Source of the DNA: Balanoglossus misakiensis
Taxonomy: Eukaryota; Animalia; Hemichordata
Direction of reading: 5' to 3'
DNA length: 64,000 nt
NCBI GenBank assembly: GCA_040954595.2
Contig: JBECUI020000032.1
Location: forward strand, 124,001 to 188,000
Shown: positions 45,547 to 54,233 of the stretch, in pieces
Layout of the letters: the number at the start of each line of letters is the position of its first letter
Numbering within the stretch: the first letter of the stretch is position 1
The notes under the pieces: generated by a model
Database searches by the model: none
What the model was told of the DNA's origin: nothing
Seen by the model: the letters and a program-made list of their open reading frames with translations, nothing else
Program-made: the position numbers and the translations under genes

Positions 45547-45574
45547 ATCCTATCGTAGGTATTCTTTTTGTCAA
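45547..45574 (-). promoter_or_regulatory. Sigma70-like promoter of copy D
   Basis: TTGACA-N16-TAGGAT. Confidence 0.55.
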
Positions 45575-45760
45575 GTCTTTTCTATAGGTAAAAGACTTTT
45601 TGATTGAGCAGTGATATTGAATAATGACACTACGCTTCTAAAGCTTATTGCGTTTTAGAGGGAATGCCAAGTTTTTTGGAATTATTTTCTGTTTTTGGGA
45701 AAGACTTCGGGGTTGGGGTGGCGATGGAGAGGTCCAGGGGGGGCAGGTTGGGGGAGATGA

Positions 45761-45844
45761 GCCTTCCAAGGCCCGCACGGACTGCGGGGCTTGGAGGGCG
45801 GGATTGCTGGTAGAGGCATCATTCCCGCATTTGCGGGGGTGATG
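45761..45844 (-). terminator. Double GC-rich hairpin after copy E, also present after B, C and D
   Basis: GCCTTCCAAGGCCCGCA-CGGAC-TGCGGGGCTTGGAGGGC and CATCATTCCCGCA-TT-TGCGGGGGTGATG directly after the stop; no U-tract, so function is uncertain. Confidence 0.45.
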
Positions 45845-45845
45845 G

Positions 45846-48746
45846 CTAGGGGGTTGGGAGGGGGGTGTTGGGTTGGTTGGGGAAGTTGGTGATGTGGGGG
45901 TGGTAGGGGGGGGTACCGTTCACCCGGCCTTCAATAATCCACTTGTCGGCGGCCCAGCCTAAGTTGCCGGTGTCGGTGTACCAGCTTGGGGTTTTTAGTT
46001 GATCCAGGCTGACGGTGCTGCCAGAGGTGTTGGGGTTGGCTTTGGCATTGCCGTCAGGGTCTGTGATACTCTGATTCGCATAGCGGTAGCTGTTGGTTAT
46101 GGTGCCTGTATTAATTAGTCCTATCAAACCACCCAGGTCGGCCCCTTGCCCCGAGACATTCCCAGTGGCATAGCTGTTTGTTATGCTACCAAAGTTGTGA
46201 TTACCGACCAAACCACCCACGATGTTCCCTTGCCCCGAGACATTCCCAGTGGCATAGCTGTTTGTTATGCTACCGCCGTTGTTCCCAGCCAAGCCTCCCA
46301 CATACCACCCCCACCCCGAGACATCCCCTGTGGCATAGCTGCCTGTTATGCTACCGCCGCCGTTGTCCCCAGCCAAGCCTCCCACGAGACCCCCCTGAGT
46401 CGAGGTGACAACCCCAGTGGAATAGCTATCATTTATGCTGCCGCTGCTGGACCCAGCCAAGCCTCCCACGAGACCCCCCTGAGTCGAGGTGACAACCCCA
46501 GTGGAATAGCTCTCTGTTATGACCCCACTATTGTATCCAACCAAACCACCCACTTTATTCCACTGACCTGAGACATCTCCGGTGGAATAGCTATCACTTA
46601 TGCTGCCGCTGCTGGACCCAGCCAAGCCACCAACCTCATCCCACTGACCCGTGACAGAACCCGTAGCATAGCTGCCTGTTATGGTTCCACCCGATACTCC
46701 AGCCAAGCCACCAACGCTGCTGTTACCCCTAACATCTCCGGTGGAATAGCTATCACTTATGCTGCCGCTGCTGGACCCAGCCAAGCCACCAACCTCATCC
46801 CCCTGACCCGTGACAGAACCCGTAGCATAGCTGCCTGTTATGGTTCCACCCGATACTCCAGCCAAGCCACCAACGCTGCTGTTACCCCTGACATCTCCGG
46901 TGGAATGGCTATCACTTATGCTGCCGCTGCTGGACCCAGCCAAGCCACCAACCTCATCCCCCTGACCCGTGACAGAACCCGTAGCATAGCTGCCTGTTAT
47001 GGTTCCACCCGATACTCCAGCCAAGCCACCAACGCTGCTGCTACCCCTGACATCTCCGGTGGAATGGCTATCACTTATGCTGCCGCTGCTGGACCCAGCC
47101 AAGCCACCAACCTCATCCCCCTGACCCGTGACATCTCCGGTGGAATAGCTATCACTTATGCTGCCGCTGCTGGACCCAGCCAAGCCACCAACCTCATCCC
47201 CCTGACCCGTGACAGAACCCGTAGCATAGCTGCCTATGATCTCTCCCTCGTTATACCCAATCAAGCTACCTACGTTAGAATTCCCCGAGAAAGAGCCACC
47301 CAGCAGTTCCAGATCCTTAATTTGACCTCCAGCAAGCATAAAATTAAAAAAACCGACTCTATTAGCTGAAGCTGTCGTGATGGTCAGTCCCTCGATACTG
47401 TGGTTTTTACCATCAAAGTTCCCAGCATATCCACCGCTTAGGTAGTTTCCATCGTCGTCATAAGTTCCAGGGCTAAGAGGGGTCCAGTTTCCGTTGTCGG
47501 CATCATCGTCGCTGTCAAAGGGGTCATCCCTGATCCCGTCGTTGTTCGCGTCAGCGAAGTTGAGGTCCATGCTTAGCTCGTAGTTCCAGTTATCGGGGTA
47601 GTTTTCACTATCCACTCCGATTTTGGCCAGTTCACTCAGGCGGTGGATGTACTGCTTGCCATTGGCGGTGGGAATAAGGGGAGTGGAATAGCGGTATTCA
47701 GCGCTGCCGTCGCTGAGTAGGGCCCGCAGGTAGTAGGTGATTTCATTGCTGAGTCCGTCTATTTCCACCGTTGGAGAGTCGGGGTTAATTGTAAAGAAGA
47801 CTTCTTTGACCATCATGCTAAAATCCTTGTCGCTGAATGCCTGGAGTTTTGCTTCCATTTCTTCTGAGGCTCTTACTTCAGCAATAATTTTCCCTGTACG
47901 GGGGGTAGCATCGGCAATAAAGATACCGTGGGGTTTGTAGGGAGTGAGAAGTGGCACCCAGGCGCTGGGGGTGCCTGGAAAATTTTGGTATCCTCTGACC
48001 CGCAGATGGTAGAAGGTCCCTTCGCTAAGACCAGTCAGGGTTATCTCCTGGGTTGTCGTTGCCCTTGGGTTTGATTTTGCCGTTGCAACGGCATCGCCGG
48101 TGAAGTCGGCTTCTGTGTGGGCTTCTACGGTCAAGGTAGCGCCGTATAGGGGCTTGAGGCTGATGATGAGCTTTTGAAAACCCGTAGTTATTTTTTCAAT
48201 GACACTGGATCCCAGGAGAGGGATATGGCGACCGAAGTACCTCCAGGGGGCTCTGTCGTAACCTGTGCTCCCCAAAGGGTAAACCAGGGAGATTTCTCTT
48301 AGGGGAATGGGGAGGATTCCCTCAAGGGGAAAGCCTATGATCCTGGGGGCCTCTGGGGCCAGGATGGTGAGTGTGTTTAGGGATGTACCGGTAAAGGCTA
48401 GACTGCCTATCGATTTAATGCCGTTTCCTATCTGTACTTCGCTTAGGGAGGCAGATAAGTAAAAGGCTTCGTTTCCTATGGTAGTTACGCTGTCGGGAAT
48501 GCTTACCCTGCTAAGGGCAGTACCTCTAAAGGCTGCCCTGGCTATGGCGGTAACAGGCTTGTTGTGAATGAACGAAGGGATTGTTATGACGGTGCTGTTT
48601 TGGTTTACCAGACCAGTTATGGTGATTGTGCTACCTTCGTCCCGATGGGTGAACTCTCCGAGGTTGGGAGGGGCAGAGGGGTCGGCACAGGAAATTAGAA
48701 GGTAACAGAAAAAGTGTAAAATTCCGAAAACTTTGGGACACTTCAT
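45846..48746 (-). CDS. Array copy E: intact 966-aa surface lipoprotein with BspA-type LRR, Fn3-like domains and 15 GLUG-type modules
   Basis: Lipobox LISC; IPDSVTTIGNEAF; LTGLSEGTFYHLRV; FDGKNHSIEGL; (S/A)TG.V.G..VGGL(A/V)G repeats; no ACTC tract. Confidence 0.9.
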   Translation of the reverse strand: MKCPKVFGILHFFCYLLISCADPSAPPNLGEFTHRDEGSTITITGLVNQNSTVITIPSFIHNKPVTAIARAAFRGTALSRVSIPDSVTTIGNEAFYLSASLSEVQIGNGIKSIGSLAFTGTSLNTLTILAPEAPRIIGFPLEGILPIPLREISLVYPLGSTGYDRAPWRYFGRHIPLLGSSVIEKITTGFQKLIISLKPLYGATLTVEAHTEADFTGDAVATAKSNPRATTTQEITLTGLSEGTFYHLRVRGYQNFPGTPSAWVPLLTPYKPHGIFIADATPRTGKIIAEVRASEEMEAKLQAFSDKDFSMMVKEVFFTINPDSPTVEIDGLSNEITYYLRALLSDGSAEYRYSTPLIPTANGKQYIHRLSELAKIGVDSENYPDNWNYELSMDLNFADANNDGIRDDPFDSDDDADNGNWTPLSPGTYDDDGNYLSGGYAGNFDGKNHSIEGLTITTASANRVGFFNFMLAGGQIKDLELLGGSFSGNSNVGSLIGYNEGEIIGSYATGSVTGQGDEVGGLAGSSSGSISDSYSTGDVTGQGDEVGGLAGSSSGSISDSHSTGDVRGSSSVGGLAGVSGGTITGSYATGSVTGQGDEVGGLAGSSSGSISDSHSTGDVRGNSSVGGLAGVSGGTITGSYATGSVTGQGDEVGGLAGSSSGSISDSYSTGDVRGNSSVGGLAGVSGGTITGSYATGSVTGQWDEVGGLAGSSSGSISDSYSTGDVSGQWNKVGGLVGYNSGVITESYSTGVVTSTQGGLVGGLAGSSSGSINDSYSTGVVTSTQGGLVGGLAGDNGGGSITGSYATGDVSGWGWYVGGLAGNNGGSITNSYATGNVSGQGNIVGGLVGNHNFGSITNSYATGNVSGQGADLGGLIGLINTGTITNSYRYANQSITDPDGNAKANPNTSGSTVSLDQLKTPSWYTDTGNLGWAADKWIIEGRVNGTPPYHPHITNFPNQPNTPLPTP

Positions 48747-48849
48747 ACTTCATACTTTATCACTTGAGATGAAATAAAACCAGAGTAATGGCAATGTCTG
48801 CTCTTAACTCATAAGGAGGATTGGGAGATTTTAGGGGAACGGAAGAGGG

Positions 48850-48927
48850 CCCCTGCGTCAGGGATTGGAGGGGCGCCGAAGGCGGTCCGGCAGGACCGTT
48901 AGCCCCGGAAAGCCCGCCCGGACGCCC
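48850..48927 (+). repeat. GC-rich palindromic REP/MITE-like element, copy 2
   Basis: Direct repeat of 32794-32870 with few differences. Confidence 0.85.
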
Positions 48928-48977
48928 TAAAAAAGCTTGCCTATCGTGGGGTAAGAAGGAGCGTTCAGCTCTGAGGG

Positions 48978-50222
48978 CTAAAATCCCCTTTCTCTTTGCA
49001 TTTCCCGTTCTCGACGGGAATTTTTTACTTTTTCCATTTTCCGGTAGTAGTCGGAAGATTTTTTAATTTCCAGAACGTCGGAGGCATAGAGCCAGTTGCC
49101 TGTTATCTGAAGGTCCTTGTTTCCCATTAGTTTGGCTAGGGAGACTTTGCCTTCGGCTTTGGAAAGGCCTACCATGTTGATCAATTCGTTGGGCCCAAAG
49201 CCAAAGGTGTGGGCTTGGCGGGATGAAAGGTCTACCCGAGATTTCTCCAGTTCCAGGACAAGACGGTCATAAAGACGACCGACGGGATCTTCTATAAGGG
49301 CGTTGCCAAGCTGCCTGTTAAGAATCCATACCCTTTCGGCTAGCAAGACGGTCAGCCTGGAGATGACTTTGGGTTGATCCACGACCATGGCTTTGAAGTT
49401 GCTCCGACTTACGGCCATCATTACCGATTCTTCGTGGGCAATGGCTGAGGCACTGCGAGGTTTATTTTCTAAGAGGGCCATTTCTCCGAAGATGTCTCCA
49501 GGTTTGAGCAGGGCTAGCAGGACTTCGTTGTTGTCGACAATTTTGGTAATCCTAATGCTGCCTTTCTGGATAATATAGAGTTCTGGACCGGATTCTCCTT
49601 CGGAAAAAATCATGGTGTTCTTGGGGTAGGTGCGGATAAAGTCTGAAGAATTGGGGATGTCAAGGTTGGCTACGGTGGCATAGGGTTTGATTTTTTTCAT
49701 TCTCTCCTTGGCTACGGCAAGGTTGGTGCCAGTGGGGTTGGCTTGGCAGTATTTGTAATAGGCGTAGTAAGCTTGGTTAAATTGATTCTGCCGGGCATAG
49801 TACTCAGCGACGTTGAAGAGATGACGTTCGTCTATTTCTGCCGAACTTTTAAAGGTTATGCGAGTGAGGGCTTCGTCTAAACTTCTTACCAGCCGAGAAA
49901 AGTTGTTGATCATTTTCATGGCCACAGGAGTGTTGCGCTCGATTAACAAAGGATACTGGTGTGGGCGAACAGCAATAAAGGTGCAGTCTACTAAAGCCAG
50001 TGCAGTGTCAATGTGACTATGATTGGACATGGTGGAGACTACGCCAAAAAAATCTCCAGGCTTAAGAAGGTTGGAATCCCTTTCTTCGGGAATTTCCAAT
50101 TCCTTCTCAATCCTTACCCTGCCTGAGCGAATAATATAGAACTGGGTCGCATGTTTCCCCTCAATGGTAATATACGCTCCCTTATTGTATTTCACCAAAT
50201 CCAGTTGGAGGGGGTTCGGCAT
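48978..50222 (-). CDS. Tandem cyclic-nucleotide-binding domain protein (Crp-like, central TPR)
   Basis: Two cNMP domains (LKPGDFFG; LKPGDIFGEMALLENKPRSASA) and a TPR-like linker. Confidence 0.88.
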   Translation of the reverse strand: MPNPLQLDLVKYNKGAYITIEGKHATQFYIIRSGRVRIEKELEIPEERDSNLLKPGDFFGVVSTMSNHSHIDTALALVDCTFIAVRPHQYPLLIERNTPVAMKMINNFSRLVRSLDEALTRITFKSSAEIDERHLFNVAEYYARQNQFNQAYYAYYKYCQANPTGTNLAVAKERMKKIKPYATVANLDIPNSSDFIRTYPKNTMIFSEGESGPELYIIQKGSIRITKIVDNNEVLLALLKPGDIFGEMALLENKPRSASAIAHEESVMMAVSRSNFKAMVVDQPKVISRLTVLLAERVWILNRQLGNALIEDPVGRLYDRLVLELEKSRVDLSSRQAHTFGFGPNELINMVGLSKAEGKVSLAKLMGNKDLQITGNWLYASDVLEIKKSSDYYRKMEKVKNSRREREMQRERGF

Positions 50223-50316
50223 GATGCCTCCTATAATTACAAGCTTATTTTAGAGATGACAGAGAGAAACGTCAAGATCACATAAAACATAAACTTCTGC
50301 ATGTGGTTTTTCCTGC

Positions 50317-51633
50317 TCACAAAAAACTATTCCCAAATTCCTCATAGATGGGAAATCGGTCACAAAGCCTTTTTACTTCTACCTCGATGCCTTTAAGGAT
50401 CTTTCTATCACCACCACTCTTAAGAGCATCGATCATATAACGGGCAATCACTTCCATTTCCTGGATGCCCATGCCTCTAGTGGTAACAGCGGGCGTTCCA
50501 ATTCTAATGCCCGAGGTGATTTGGGGCGGAAGGGGATCAAAGGGAATGATGTTCTTGTTCACTGTCATTCCAGCAAATTCCAACCAGGTTTCCGCTTCTT
50601 TTCCCGTAATTGCCAAGGGGCTAAGGTCCAAGAGAAGCAGATGATTGTCCGTGCCTCCTGTTATCACCCGAATATTCCCTGTAATTAAAATTTTAGCTAG
50701 ATTCTTCGCATTTTCCAAGACCTTTTTCTGATAAACAGCAAATTTATCTTCAGCTGCTTCTTTTAGGGCCAGGGCCTTGGCGGCAATAATGTGCATGAGG
50801 GGACCGCCTTGTATTCCAGGAAAAACGGCGCTGTCGATGAGTTCTCCAATTCTCTTCATTCTGCCGGACTTGGGGGCAGTAATACCCATGTCGTTTTCTC
50901 TATCCTGGCCTACAAGGATCATGCCTCCGCGGGGGCCTCTAAGGGTTTTGTGGGTCGTGGTTGTAACGATGGCTGCATGGGGGATGGGAGAAGGATGGAG
51001 CCCTGTGGCAACAAGGCCAGCAATGTGGGCCATGTCGACAATCAAAAGGGCTCCGGCTTCATCGGCAATTTCCCGGAATTTAGCAAAGTCTATGCTGCGG
51101 GGATAAGCTGAGGCTCCAGCCAGAATGACCCGGGGCTTCATTTTCAGGGCCATTTGCCGCAGTTCGCCGTAATCTATGGTTTCAGTCTCTCTGTTGACTC
51201 CATAACTTGTCGCTTTGTAAAGTTTGCCGGAAAAATTGACATGGGAGCCGTGGGTCAAATGACCTCCATGGGCCAGGTTCATGCCTAAAATAAGGTCCCC
51301 AGGGGTCATGACGGCAGCATAAGCCCCCATGTTGGCCTGACTCCCTGAGTGAGGCTGGACATTGGCGTACTGGGCCTCAAAGAGCTTCTTTGCTCTTCTC
51401 TGGGCACATGCTTCCACCTCATCCATATGTTGACAGCCGCCGTAATAGCGCTTTGAAGGGTAACCTTCGGCATACTTGTTGGTAAAAACCGAACCGGCAA
51501 GTTCCATTACAGCTGGAGAAACCAGGTTCTCTGAGGCAATAAGCTCTAAACAATTTCTCTGACGATTCAATTCCTTGGCCAGGATGGCATGAATTTCAGG
51601 ATCGTATGAGGCGAGGCTCTCTATCGATGGCAT
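50317..51633 (-). CDS. glyA: Serine hydroxymethyltransferase
   Basis: [37 protein letters not shown]. Confidence 0.97.
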   Translation of the reverse strand: MPSIESLASYDPEIHAILAKELNRQRNCLELIASENLVSPAVMELAGSVFTNKYAEGYPSKRYYGGCQHMDEVEACAQRRAKKLFEAQYANVQPHSGSQANMGAYAAVMTPGDLILGMNLAHGGHLTHGSHVNFSGKLYKATSYGVNRETETIDYGELRQMALKMKPRVILAGASAYPRSIDFAKFREIADEAGALLIVDMAHIAGLVATGLHPSPIPHAAIVTTTTHKTLRGPRGGMILVGQDRENDMGITAPKSGRMKRIGELIDSAVFPGIQGGPLMHIIAAKALALKEAAEDKFAVYQKKVLENAKNLAKILITGNIRVITGGTDNHLLLLDLSPLAITGKEAETWLEFAGMTVNKNIIPFDPLPPQITSGIRIGTPAVTTRGMGIQEMEVIARYMIDALKSGGDRKILKGIEVEVKRLCDRFPIYEEFGNSFL

Positions 51634-51720
51634 AATACTTCCTAGGAATACTCGACCATCCTATCTCATAGAATGGGAAGTGGCAAGCTTCTCCTAAAGG
51701 GAAGTTAACAAAAATGCCTT

Positions 51721-51748
51721 CTTTCCTCTTTCCTCTTTCCTCTTTCCA
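51721..51748 (+). repeat. Heptamer tandem repeat (CTTTCCT)x4, last unit imperfect, in the glyA-lon intergenic region
   Basis: ctttcct ctttcct ctttcct ctttcca. Confidence 0.7.
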
Positions 51749-51813
51749 TCTTAAATTATAATTAAGAGCACCTTGCTAAAAGGTATGTTATACATTTAAT
51801 TAATGGAGGTTAA

Positions 51814-54183
51814 ATGTCTGGTCAACAAATCATTCCTGTCACAGAGACCCTACCCCAGAAAATTTTCATAATTCCTTTGCAGGGAAAACCAATTTTCCCA
51901 GGAATTTTTACTCCTATCATGATTAGTGGGGCCGACGACATTGCTGTAGTAAAAAAGGCCATGGAGTCCGACAAGGTTATTGGCTTGGTTCTTACAACGG
52001 ATCCCGGAGCCGATGTTCCACACTCCACAAAACTCTACAAAGTGGGAACCGTCGCCAAGATCGTTAAGAAGATAAACCTTCCCGATGGAAGTATCAATGT
52101 GTTTATCAGCACCCTCAAGCGGTTCCGTATTCAGAAGATACTCAACGATAAAAACCCCTACGTGGCAGCAGTTTCCTACCTGGACGATAAGTTCCCCGGA
52201 GATGAACAGGAAATTAAAGCCCTGACCAGGGCCCTGCTTGTGGAGATGAAACAGTTAAGCGAGGACAATCCTCTTTTTTCCGAGGAAATGAGGCTTAACA
52301 TGATAAACATCGACAATCCAGGAAAAATTGCCGATTTCATTACCAGCATTCTTAATATTGATAGAGAACGCCAGCAGGAAATCCTGGAAACCATGGATGT
52401 GCGTGCCAGGATGGAGATTGTCCTGCTGTTCATCAGAAAAGAATACGAAGTAGCCAAAATTCAAAAAAAAATCTCCAGGGAACTCAACGATAAGATTGAA
52501 AAAAATCAGCGGGAATACTTTCTTAGAGAGGAGCTCAAGGCCATCAAGCAGGAGCTAGGTGAACCCTCTGATGCCCGTTCCGGTGAGTACCAAAAATTCA
52601 AGGAGGCCATAGATTCTTTTAATTTTGAAGAGGAAATAGCCGAGCAGGTGCAGCAGGAGCTGGAGAAATTTCGGGTAATGGAACCCTCTTCTTCGGAATT
52701 CATGGTAACCAGAAACTATCTGGATCTCATCGTCAATCTTCCCTGGAACATTGTCAGCGAAAAAAAAATGGAGATGAAATCGGCCCAGAGAATTCTTGAA
52801 AAAGATCACTATGGTCTTGAGGATGTGAAGGAACGCATCCTTGAATACCTGGCGGTGAGGAAGCTGAAAGGAGACACCAAAGGTTCTATTATTCTCCTGG
52901 TAGGTCCGCCGGGAGTGGGAAAAACTTCTATTGGGAAGTCTATTGCCAGGGCTATGAGAAGGCCCTTTTTCCGCTTTTCTGTTGGAGGAATGCGGGATGA
53001 GGCGGAGATTAAGGGACACCGGAGAACCTATGTAGGCGCCATGCCGGGGAAAATTCTTCAGGGATTGAAAATTGTGAAATCCCGGACGGCGGTTTTTATG
53101 ATAGACGAGATAGACAAGCTGGGAGTCAGCTACCAGGGCGACCCTTCTTCGGCCCTCCTGGAAGTTTTGGATCCAGAGCAGAATATTGCCTTCCGGGATC
53201 ATTACCTTGATCTTCCCTTCGATCTTTCTCACGTTGTTTTTATTGCAACGGCCAACACGGTGGACTCCATTCCAAGACCACTGCTTGATCGTATGGAACT
53301 TATCCGTCTTTCCGGTTACATCACCGAGGAAAAGATGGAGATTGCTAAGCGGTATGTTATTCTTAAAAGCCTGAAAAAACACGGGCTCCAACGTAACCAG
53401 ATTCGGTTCCACAAAACGGCATTAAAGGCCATTGCTGAAGGTTATGCCCGGGATGCAGGAATGCGGACCATGGAAAAGGCTGTGGACCGCATTCACCGCA
53501 AAGCAGCATGGCAGGTGGTCAATAATGAAACCGAACTCCCCATAATCATTACCACCAAGAACCTGGAAACCTATTTAAAACAACCTCCCTTTAAAGATGA
53601 TAATTTCAAGAAGGCCACAGTCCCCGGCATTACCTTGGGTTTGGCTTGGACCAGTTTAGGAGGCGATGTCCTGGTTATTGAGGCCGAGGCTATCAGAGGC
53701 AAAAGGGGCTTGAAACTTACCGGTCAAATGGGCGATGTCATGAAGGAATCGGCAGGAATAGCTCTTACCAGAGTCTGTGCCATTGCGGAAGACTACGGTA
53801 TCCTTAATGAGTATTTTGAAAAGCATACAATTCATCTTCATATTCCCGAAGGTGCCATCCCTAAAGATGGTCCTTCAGCGGGAATTACAATGGCTACAGC
53901 ACTACTCTCCCTGGCCACAAACACTCTCTTTAAACCTTCTCTTGCTATGACCGGGGAACTGAGCCTTACAGGAAGGGTTATGGGCATTGGCGGACTTAAG
54001 GAAAAAGTTATTGCCGCCCAAAGACATCAGATTAAGGAAATTATTATTCCAGAAAGCAATTTGCGGGATTTGGGCGAAATTCCCGAACATGTAAAAAAGG
54101 GAATTGTTTTTCACCCCATGGTAAATCTTAATCAGGTTATTGAACTGGCCCTTCCTCCTTTAACAAAACGGAACCTGCGGTAG
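51814..54183 (+). CDS. lon: Lon protease (endopeptidase La)
   Basis: GPPGVGKTS, GHRRTYVGAMPG, DEIDK, PKDGPSAG. Confidence 0.97.
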   Translation: MSGQQIIPVTETLPQKIFIIPLQGKPIFPGIFTPIMISGADDIAVVKKAMESDKVIGLVLTTDPGADVPHSTKLYKVGTVAKIVKKINLPDGSINVFISTLKRFRIQKILNDKNPYVAAVSYLDDKFPGDEQEIKALTRALLVEMKQLSEDNPLFSEEMRLNMINIDNPGKIADFITSILNIDRERQQEILETMDVRARMEIVLLFIRKEYEVAKIQKKISRELNDKIEKNQREYFLREELKAIKQELGEPSDARSGEYQKFKEAIDSFNFEEEIAEQVQQELEKFRVMEPSSSEFMVTRNYLDLIVNLPWNIVSEKKMEMKSAQRILEKDHYGLEDVKERILEYLAVRKLKGDTKGSIILLVGPPGVGKTSIGKSIARAMRRPFFRFSVGGMRDEAEIKGHRRTYVGAMPGKILQGLKIVKSRTAVFMIDEIDKLGVSYQGDPSSALLEVLDPEQNIAFRDHYLDLPFDLSHVVFIATANTVDSIPRPLLDRMELIRLSGYITEEKMEIAKRYVILKSLKKHGLQRNQIRFHKTALKAIAEGYARDAGMRTMEKAVDRIHRKAAWQVVNNETELPIIITTKNLETYLKQPPFKDDNFKKATVPGITLGLAWTSLGGDVLVIEAEAIRGKRGLKLTGQMGDVMKESAGIALTRVCAIAEDYGILNEYFEKHTIHLHIPEGAIPKDGPSAGITMATALLSLATNTLFKPSLAMTGELSLTGRVMGIGGLKEKVIAAQRHQIKEIIIPESNLRDLGEIPEHVKKGIVFHPMVNLNQVIELALPPLTKRNLR

Positions 54184-54233
54184 GGGAGAGCAAAGGACTT
54201 TAAACAGGGTACTCCTGCCAAAGTTAATTATAT

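Noticed and set aside
34425-47369. Plus-strand ORFs with PRDISSGIA repeats (e.g. 34425-35039, 37534-38277, 46905-47369)
   Set aside because: Antisense shadows of the GLUG repeats.
33987-48746. Invertase-driven shufflon
   Set aside because: All copies share one orientation, with no recombinase gene or inverted crossover sites seen.
52555-53412. 285-aa minus-strand ORF
   Set aside because: Antisense shadow of lon.
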